From a virus (taxonomy: Duplodnaviria > Caudoviricetes), in the IMG/VR virus record IMGVR_UViG_3300043570_002110, positions 1-26,742 of that record: a stretch of 26,742 bases of DNA. The stretch is one strand, 5' to 3'. The notes under the pieces are model-generated. The model was not told the DNA's origin and ran no database searches. It worked only from the letters and a program-made list of their open reading frames with translations. Position 1 is the stretch's first letter, and every line of letters begins with the position of its first letter. A program made the position numbers and the translations under genes. Shown here in pieces: positions 18,001 through 26,742 of the stretch.

Positions 18001-20244
18001 TACAGGATTATTTACATCTGAAGCAAAAGTAGCTTTTATTCTATTAATCCCTTGGAAATATTTATTTCTAACATTAAAAGTGTTTATCCTTTCTCCTGGT
18101 GTTATTGTTTTTGAAACAGCAAATCTTCGAGTATTATCGCTGTCAGGAAATGTAACAATAGAACTCACACCATTTTTGTATGCAGATGGATTAGTATTAC
18201 TAGAACCAAATCCTGCAAGTGCCTCACTTAAAATTTGAGCATATAATGAATTGTTCGCTTCGTAAGTATCATCACTTGGAGATTGTGATGTTGCCCTTTC
18301 TTGAGCCTTAACTAAATTTTCATAATATGCCGATGAATTAGATAATTGACTAACTAAAAAAGACTCAGTGGCGTTTGTAGAAGACTGTAGAATCTCTGGG
18401 TCACATTCACAAGCCTGACAATCGGGATAAGTCACCATTGGTAATTTAAAAGGTCCAAACCTTAGTTGTTCAATGAATTTTTTTATTTTCTTTGCTTTAA
18501 TTAACAAAATTGTCCATACGGTCAACTGTAGTACCGCAGATACTACCCCCGCAATACTAACACCAAAAGACGCAATAATTAACGCAATATAAACCGCAAC
18601 CAAAAATCCAAACGCAATAACGTTTTTAATAATCCACCCAATTAATGCAATAATTAAAGGTTTCGCATAATTTTCTAAAATTGCCGCAGCAATATGATAA
18701 ACAATTAATAATGGGATACCAATTATTTGAACCAATTGCATTAAAATTGCAAATAGAAAGAAAATAAAATCAAAATTTCTAAAACCTTCATTTACAGGAA
18801 ATTTATTAATAGTACTTTCACAATCTTGACTGTCAATTTCTTTAATCCCAATAAACCTACCTCTTCCACCATTTTTAAATTCATCAATTAACCCTGAAAC
18901 CGTGTAAACTTTATTAAAGTCAAATTGATAAAAAGTATCATCACAATTTATTGCCGCTTGAGTATTTGTGTATCCGGTCCAATCTAATCCAAAATAATAT
19001 GAACCAGCCAATTCTGCGTTAGACGATGGGTTAAATTGTAAATTTGGGTCAATTACCGAACTTGTCCATCCATACTCTTTAATATTTGGAACTAAAAAAT
19101 ATGGTCGTCTTGTTTGTTCAGTTAATGCCGTTGGTTGAGTCCATTTAATTTTAAATCTATATTTTGCCTTAGTTGGAATACCTATTGTTGGGTCATTTGA
19201 TATAACTCTTTCACCAAATTCATTAGTTATATAATAATCTAAGTTCATTGGTAATTCAGTTAACCAAACACCATCACCATCAATAATATTTCCAGATTGT
19301 TCTAATTGATATTGTTCCAGTATTGGATTACCAATAGTATCTTGTTGGATGGTTTGTCTAATTGCTAATATTTGTCCAGGTCCTGATTGTAAACTACAAA
19401 GATTACCCATATCATCTTTAGGTTTTGCATTTCTCCTAACTCGGTAAGCGTCTGAAGTGGAATAAATTGAACCCATAAAAACAGATGTTGGTTGTATATT
19501 AACATTTGCCTCGTCTCTCAAATCAAAATCAAGACGATTAATGGCAATGTCACAAATATCAGGGTCACCCCAAAGTGGTGATATTTCAATACCTTTAACC
19601 AAATTAATAATTTGAGGTAATGAATTTAAATCTGTTGATGTTCTAAAACGATTACCCGCAACTTGAGCTTCAGTTGCAAGACCCATTCTAATTAAATCCT
19701 GTGGTGTCAATGAAAACTCTCCAATATCAGACAAGTCAACATCCATAACAACAGTTTGAAACCCTAATGGTACCCCCATTATCATGTAATCCCCACTATC
19801 ATTTGTTTTGGCCGTGAACTTATAATATCTGTCATATATTTCAACAGCGGTTGTTCCTGTCAGAGCATCCAATCTTGATGGTATTGTACCTGTTGCTGCG
19901 TGAACAGAATAAGATTTTTCATAAGGTAATAAGTTGTACCTATATCCATCTTCATTTTTATCTGAAGGTGATTTATATGGGTATATACTTGAAATAATTG
20001 GGTTTGATTCATCTACCGTTGTAATAGGTATGAATATTGACACTCTTGCGTTTGGTAATCCAAAACCATTGTTAGCGGTAACCCTACCAACAATAACTCC
20101 ATAATCGGCACAACTTCTTATATAGACATCTTCTTGTTGTATTTTTAAAGATAAAATCTCTAACTGTTCAAACTCTTGGTCTAATTGTACGTTGATTGTT
20201 TTGTTAACCCCTAATTCAGTCCTTATTCTATATGATTGACCCAT
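15061..20244 (-). CDS. Very large baseplate-associated protein (1727 aa) with an N-terminal carboxypeptidase-regulatory-like beta-sandwich and an internal multi-helix hydrophobic segment
   Basis: ORF track. YGVIVGRVTANNGFGLPNARVSIF...TAKTNDSGDYMIMGVPLGFQTV fits the CarboxypepD_reg-like pattern; hydrophobic stretch at about aa 491-582; immediately follows the gp6-like gene. Confidence 0.7.
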   Translation of the reverse strand: MGQSYRIRTELGVNKTINVQLDQEFEQLEILSLKIQQEDVYIRSCADYGVIVGRVTANNGFGLPNARVSIFIPITTVDESNPIISSIYPYKSPSDKNEDGYRYNLLPYEKSYSVHAATGTIPSRLDALTGTTAVEIYDRYYKFTAKTNDSGDYMIMGVPLGFQTVVMDVDLSDIGEFSLTPQDLIRMGLATEAQVAGNRFRTSTDLNSLPQIINLVKGIEISPLWGDPDICDIAINRLDFDLRDEANVNIQPTSVFMGSIYSTSDAYRVRRNAKPKDDMGNLCSLQSGPGQILAIRQTIQQDTIGNPILEQYQLEQSGNIIDGDGVWLTELPMNLDYYITNEFGERVISNDPTIGIPTKAKYRFKIKWTQPTALTEQTRRPYFLVPNIKEYGWTSSVIDPNLQFNPSSNAELAGSYYFGLDWTGYTNTQAAINCDDTFYQFDFNKVYTVSGLIDEFKNGGRGRFIGIKEIDSQDCESTINKFPVNEGFRNFDFIFFLFAILMQLVQIIGIPLLIVYHIAAAILENYAKPLIIALIGWIIKNVIAFGFLVAVYIALIIASFGVSIAGVVSAVLQLTVWTILLIKAKKIKKFIEQLRFGPFKLPMVTYPDCQACECDPEILQSSTNATESFLVSQLSNSSAYYENLVKAQERATSQSPSDDTYEANNSLYAQILSEALAGFGSSNTNPSAYKNGVSSIVTFPDSDNTRRFAVSKTITPGERINTFNVRNKYFQGINRIKATFASDVNNPVGLYHYDNTLTILSPEEFEPGTLLTFVNPSLTTDKNYLWTGTTGGSVLQGINGRIQTDQFTTQVKYAIPTDNSQTTESTTLYTIPSATTECVDSITIDVTTSGTVTYNTCNGGIVIYSALTLGSHTITNVNCISTTNLGGTAEYTVVSFGESCQRYVYPSDIEYYQVLTAITITTNIVNGVPQYSIPNLGSGVGFWNYLTAPSSVQIYKEVKGNLGSDGWLEDGAQQNLAISNFADFSDSKILILQRGVDPYSPTLINQYGIGKILGYPNENDVIITATTKMNIPVQKLPTGSVTTVPQHNVQNNIYFSSYVYSPGVVGSTTPGLQFSSYTTSNVGFYGALDSTTPDRTINSGPTFGNVFVPATVFIDKSPSYGIANGVVTKTSNDYYSSAISVSKYDTAEDLSGGAILKLTPLVLNTIILNVIFPLLSYKAYNDPPSRVYFSPILYPTLTGSSALNIVNSSRNVMRTDRLPSSDYIDSGVINGSVSLLQQNVGFSAYIIGGQGAPINVSGYDTGASQVNADIEGQLASVNVLESLSTCERMVGLNCYSGNSVNFGVTAGCQSSDSVQNGCYVFAVNPWTDLQKDLRAFSEWGFRFRFFYGLCRGVLSQTFTNNWVNGSLYTFPIQVDTYFDQQNKPLPPQFAKELVYFDDKTNNFYYRSSPYLSGTTSPRFIGRPTLGLINPVNDRNLLFPTTIVNLGIKDDFYQEIIFDPSAKGYIMNTLNPTSYSDTSDLVNLFVISRITDEGYLAQLFTFGNNGLNQLFTRPDRRIDGDLAQSMSINSEYGVIPFSPEFYSVYGTSNDPVVILGGLDDPTMGVFFSSTTVDLQNKDFLTPGVIDFRPSNNANAITYPYGIKSQYVPFYQWGLNQPSIQSIFGSQYNDWVTNQSSNINTSGIFGYNYQSLDRRNIGSPSYFIGSNSQVSDIYERGYIFNVNPNGSYSYNAGTYPNKFLVSAPFHFYFGVNKGLTALDKFKTKYSVGE

Positions 20245-20259
20245 TAATGTCTTTAGTTA

Positions 20260-20271
20260 ATAAATAGTTTA
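20260..20271 (-). promoter_or_regulatory. TAAACTATTTAT candidate late-promoter motif, 15 nt upstream of the ATG at 20244
   Basis: The + strand reads ATAAATAGTTTA, identical to 11454-11465. Confidence 0.6.
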
Positions 20272-20336
20272 TGCGGGATTTTTAAAGTGAACCCACACAA
20301 TTAAATAATAATCCAAAGAAAAAATAAATAAACTTG

Positions 20337-22175
20337 TTAAGAAAAAGTAATTGATTGGAAGTTCTTAACCGAAACTCTAATGTCTTTACCTGGATATCTA
20401 ATCTGATACACTTGTGATGGTTGAGCAAATATGGTATCATCAACAGGACCAATAAGTTTTAATTCTGGGTCTGAGTATTCCATAGAGGTTTCTGCCGATG
20501 AATATTGACCACCAACTTCATTAAACACATCTAAAGTTGAAACGGTTAATACCCCATTTGTATTTTGAATAATACTTCTAATCTCGGATAGATAAACATT
20601 CTGACCTAATTGTCTTGATAGAGGGTTAAAGTATGCAGATATTTTATCAATAACACTTGAAATAACTTGTCCTGAGTTTTGAGCTGAATCTAAGACAATC
20701 GCAACATCAACACTCAAGTCAATAACCTCAGCACTGAATATTGAAATATAATCATTCATCATTCGGTAGTTTGATAAATAATTTGCAATGTTTTGTCTTA
20801 AAGTATTTGAAACAATATTGGTTAATTTACCTGAAGTATCGTAAGATAAAATTTGAATTAAAATTTTATTATCATTTTCTGTTATAGATACTTTTGCGGG
20901 TGCTCCAAATTGAGCTGGCATGTTTCTAATAATTGATTCGTAATCCTGTACGGTAACCGCTCTCTTTTGAGCTGCAAAATTAAATGATACATAGTTTCTA
21001 ATTTCCTCTAATGATGGAATACCCGCTCCACCTACCGCCGCAGTTACGTTAACACATCTTAATGAATTAACTACCGCTGAGTTTGTTGTCTCAGATGGAC
21101 CATTAACAAAGAATGAAACAGTACCAATTTGATTGATTACGTTTGTTCCTAAGTTTGTTGCCAATCCACCACCAACTCTATATTGAATGAACAATGTTGA
21201 ATTTGGTGTTAATGTTGAACCTAATGAGAAATTGTTAGAATATTTTTGAAGTTCTAATGTTGTACCTAAAGTTGTGAACTGGTTCAATTGGTCTTGTGCG
21301 GTATTGGTACCACCACCAAATGTCATTTTCTTAAATCCTTCAGGTGTATATTCGGTAATAAATCTATCTTGAGTTTGGATATACTTACCAACTTTAATAC
21401 CAGGTTGGTCAGAAACTTTTGCAGGGTCTTCAATAAAGACTCTATCTTCAGCCAATGCATCCACTTCATACCATCTATTATCAACACCTAAAAACTCTGC
21501 AGTTGTTGGTGTGTTTGTATATTGTGTACCATTCTTTAATAATACACTTGTAATGCCTAACACATTTTTTTCAGGTAAAAATAATTCAAAGAATGGTTTA
21601 ACATCATTTGCACCAATAACTCGTTTGAATACCTTTGTAATACCATTTACAACAATTTCTCTTTTTGTGATTGTATAATTAACTAAAATATTATTTGAGT
21701 TAAAGTTTGGTATTTTTAATCTATTGGGAAAACCTTGAGAATTATATGGTGAAGCAAAATCAATGTCATAAACATTTTCAAAAACAATTCCGGCTCCAAC
21801 AACTTGTGAACCTCTTGTCAATGTTCCAAGATATCTTTCATCTTCTTTATCACCAAAAGCAGGGACTGTAATTGAGAAATCAACTAAAGCAACTGATGGT
21901 CTTTGTCCTGGTAATTTTAAACCGTAGGTTCTGGCTATGTTATAAACTGATGACCTTTGTTGAGCATATTGTAAAACAGTCTCCTGAATACTTCGGTCAA
22001 TGTTATAATGTAAGTTGTCCGCAATCGCGGCGTTTAAATCAATGAATACGGAGAAGACCGAAGCATCGTTAAAGTCTTGGATTAAGTCAGGATAGTAAGT
22101 TTTAGTATAATTCAAGAGCTCGGTCCTGATTGACTGATAATCCCTAGATGCGTATGATATTCTATTATTTGCCAT
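20337..22175 (-). CDS. Baseplate wedge protein, T4 gp6 / baseplate J-like (612 aa)
   Basis: N-terminal SYASRDYQSIRTEL...DFNDAS...IDLNAAIADNLHYNID...AQQRSSVYNIARTYG, then YRVGGG..TN, GGAGIPSLEEIR and RAVTVQDYE, all characteristic of this family; adjacent to the gp25-like gene. Confidence 0.88.
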   Translation of the reverse strand: MANNRISYASRDYQSIRTELLNYTKTYYPDLIQDFNDASVFSVFIDLNAAIADNLHYNIDRSIQETVLQYAQQRSSVYNIARTYGLKLPGQRPSVALVDFSITVPAFGDKEDERYLGTLTRGSQVVGAGIVFENVYDIDFASPYNSQGFPNRLKIPNFNSNNILVNYTITKREIVVNGITKVFKRVIGANDVKPFFELFLPEKNVLGITSVLLKNGTQYTNTPTTAEFLGVDNRWYEVDALAEDRVFIEDPAKVSDQPGIKVGKYIQTQDRFITEYTPEGFKKMTFGGGTNTAQDQLNQFTTLGTTLELQKYSNNFSLGSTLTPNSTLFIQYRVGGGLATNLGTNVINQIGTVSFFVNGPSETTNSAVVNSLRCVNVTAAVGGAGIPSLEEIRNYVSFNFAAQKRAVTVQDYESIIRNMPAQFGAPAKVSITENDNKILIQILSYDTSGKLTNIVSNTLRQNIANYLSNYRMMNDYISIFSAEVIDLSVDVAIVLDSAQNSGQVISSVIDKISAYFNPLSRQLGQNVYLSEIRSIIQNTNGVLTVSTLDVFNEVGGQYSSAETSMEYSDPELKLIGPVDDTIFAQPSQVYQIRYPGKDIRVSVKNFQSITFS

Positions 22176-22180
22176 TTGTA

Positions 22181-24702
<2,522 letters not shown>

Positions 24703-24726
24703 AATTCTTGTTTATTTTAATTTATA

Positions 24727-26103
24727 TTATTGTTTTTGTTCTTCTCTTTGTTTTCTTTTTTCTAAAAGTTCTTTAACTCGGTCACGTTTTCTTTCTTCTT
24801 GTTGTTCCCCAAAACCTAAGAAGGTTACAGATGACTCTGTATCGATTTCAAGTAGTTCGTTGTTGAACTTACAGTTCTCAAACACTACCCCATCTTTACC
24901 AATACGTGATTTGGTAATAGCAATTGTTGCCAAGTTCATTTCTTTTTGTTGTAAAGTTTTAGCCACGGTAATGATAACGTGTCCAACTTGTGCTTTCTTA
25001 ATAGAACCACCCATTTGGTCAGTAGTAACAACCTCAGAAGATATAGAGCTTCTGTTACCCTGTGTTGCTGTCCATCCAACTAATGATAGTTCGTGACACA
25101 TTGATTCAAACCCTCTCATTACTGAACCCTCAGCTTTCCATTCGTCTTTACTTGTACTCTCAGGAACGACACAATCAATGTAATCCAAAAGAACCAAGTC
25201 AATCTTTGTACCATCAGCAATCATTTTTCTGATTTGGTTTTTGATTTGGTTCATCGTCATTGAATCTGAAGGAAGTTTTTTCATAATTAACTCGTTCTTC
25301 ATTGTTTCTTTGATGTCTGTAAGTTTAGCCATAACCTCTTCTTTGTGGTTTACCAAGTTGTCTGGTTCAATACCTGTCCAAAGTGTGAAGTGTTTACGTT
25401 GTACAATCTTTGGGTTGTCCTCAAAAAATATTTGAAGAACATTATATCCAAGATTAAACGCAGTGTTCGCAATCTTTGTTAAGATGGTAGTTTTACCGAC
25501 ACCTGTGGGTGCTAAAATAACACCAATTTCTCCTTTAGCCAAACCACCTTTAAGTAATCTATCAATACCTGGTATTCCTAATGGAATTGGGTGTCTAAAA
25601 TCTTCATCAAGTACTGTGTCAAGGTTAGAAAATACATCAGTTGTACCCGTGTCTTTTTCCCCAACCTGTAATGCTTCACGAACCAAACTCTCAACCTTGT
25701 CATAGGATTCAAAGTCTCCTTCGGTAATAATCTTTTGGGCTTTGTCCATTGCCTTTTGTAGTTCTTGTTGTTTACAGAACTTTAAAGCCTTTTCTTGAAC
25801 AAACTGAGTCCCTTCAAATGGAGCGTCTTTTACTTGTTTGATGGTGTCAAGGACAATTTTTGCAACTAATTCTTGTGAAATTTCAGATTTTACAATCTGT
25901 TCAAGAGTATCGAAATTAGGGGTTGATTGGTATTTGGCGTGGTACTCCTTGGTCATTTGCAAGATAATCTTGAAGTATTTGTTATCAAAATAAGAAATCT
26001 CAATTACATCCATAATTGATGTTGAAAATTCTTTATCCACGATAAGTTGGTTTAAAAGTTGTATTTGAAATGTATTCCCTAAGTAGTCAAAGTTCTTGTT
26101 CAT
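24727..26103 (-). CDS. Replicative SF4 DNA helicase, DnaB / T4 gp41-like (458 aa)
   Basis: Walker A APTGVGKT, catalytic FFED, Walker B LVLLDYID, WTATQGNR and KSRIG arginine-finger region. Confidence 0.92.
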   Translation of the reverse strand: MNKNFDYLGNTFQIQLLNQLIVDKEFSTSIMDVIEISYFDNKYFKIILQMTKEYHAKYQSTPNFDTLEQIVKSEISQELVAKIVLDTIKQVKDAPFEGTQFVQEKALKFCKQQELQKAMDKAQKIITEGDFESYDKVESLVREALQVGEKDTGTTDVFSNLDTVLDEDFRHPIPLGIPGIDRLLKGGLAKGEIGVILAPTGVGKTTILTKIANTAFNLGYNVLQIFFEDNPKIVQRKHFTLWTGIEPDNLVNHKEEVMAKLTDIKETMKNELIMKKLPSDSMTMNQIKNQIRKMIADGTKIDLVLLDYIDCVVPESTSKDEWKAEGSVMRGFESMCHELSLVGWTATQGNRSSISSEVVTTDQMGGSIKKAQVGHVIITVAKTLQQKEMNLATIAITKSRIGKDGVVFENCKFNNELLEIDTESSVTFLGFGEQQEERKRDRVKELLEKRKQREEQKQ

Positions 26104-26137
26104 ATTGTAATTTGCGTTCGTCTGTTTAATTAAATAT

Positions 26138-26590
26138 TCACTTGTTTAGGTCAAAGTCCATATATTCCAAACTTAATTTTTGTTCGGAAAAAATGTCAGT
26201 TAATTCTCTTAACGTGTTCTTTAAAAATGGTCGTACGTCAACGGTATAACGAACTTTTGGTGGGAATGTTTTTCCATCAAAATATCTATGACAAATTGTC
26301 TGCTCTCCGATTTTGATGTAAATGTTGAATTGTTCGCTACCTTCAGTAAACGATGTGTCCATAATTGACGGGTCACTCAAAATTGCATCCATGTTGTCCA
26401 TCATATAAACAACTGTTTTCATTTTCAAGTAGTACTCAATCTCGTCTTTAAATTGTCGAATAAAGTAGTATAATTCCAAGGAGTTTTTTGCCTTTGGGTT
26501 ATACCCTTTAACATTAAAGAATCTTTGAACAACGATGTTATCGTTCAACGTCAGTAAGAATTCCATTTTGGTGCTGTCTTGTTCTTTCAT
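26138..26590 (-). CDS. Hypothetical protein (150 aa) between the exonuclease and helicase genes
   Basis: ORF track; fills the gap exactly with ATG start and TGA stop; no recognisable motif. Confidence 0.75.
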   Translation of the reverse strand: MKEQDSTKMEFLLTLNDNIVVQRFFNVKGYNPKAKNSLELYYFIRQFKDEIEYYLKMKTVVYMMDNMDAILSDPSIMDTSFTEGSEQFNIYIKIGEQTICHRYFDGKTFPPKVRYTVDVRPFLKNTLRELTDIFSEQKLSLEYMDFDLNK

Positions 26591-26592
26591 AA

Positions 26593-26742
26593 TTAATTTT
26601 TGTTTGTATTTCTTTTTTCTTTTCTTGTTAATTTCATAAATGGTTTGAGGAAGTTAACCCAAGCTTCATCGTTCTTGGGTAGATACTTAAAGAGACCATC
26701 TTCCATCATCATTCTCATTAAGTTTTTATAACCCCTATCTGT
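26593..26742 (-). CDS. C-terminal 49 aa of a gene entering from the right edge; probably a phage 5'-3' exonuclease/RNase H
   Basis: Hand translation: TDRGYKNLMRMMMEDGLFKYLPKNDEAWVNFLKPFMKLTRKEKRNTNKN*, with the stop 2 nt before the next ATG. The product call rests on recalled resemblance and replication-block context only. Confidence 0.5.
   Translation of the reverse strand, partial: TDRGYKNLMRMMMEDGLFKYLPKNDEAWVNFLKPFMKLTRKEKRNTNKN

Noticed and set aside
20271-20298. Weak hairpin GTGTGGG...CCCGCAT (minus strand) between the gp6-like and 1727-aa genes
   Set aside because: Short stem with wobble pairs, a large loop and no following U-tract; not supportable as a terminator.

Overview
AT-rich segment of a large tailed-phage (myovirus-like) genome in which every real gene lies on the minus strand. 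Reading in the direction of transcription (right to left), a replication block comes first: the 3' end of a probable 5'-3' exonuclease, a 150-aa hypothetical protein, a DnaB/gp41-like helicase, a class II B12-dependent ribonucleotide reductase (nrdJ), a terminator hairpin and a small DUF5522-like Cys protein. A virion block follows: gp25-like and gp6-like baseplate wedge proteins, a 1727-aa protein with internal transmembrane-like helices, several uncharacterised structural proteins (one with a PKD domain, one with a P2 gpI/gp7-like KGT motif), an SprB-repeat protein, a Thr-alternating mucin-like protein, and a proline-free collagen-like (Gly-X-Y) fibre that runs off the left edge and is missing from the supplied ORF track. 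Lack of Shine-Dalgarno sequences and the SprB repeats point to a Bacteroidota host (inference). The most striking unexplained signals are a [S/T]-G-x-T tetrapeptide enriched across unrelated virion proteins together with very long Ser/Thr repeat stalks (a candidate phage glycoprotein-coat system), a shared ~140-aa C-terminal module in two adjacent genes, and a TATTTAT promoter-like motif found exactly 15 nt before three start codons. All family assignments are from motif recognition by eye; no database searches were run.
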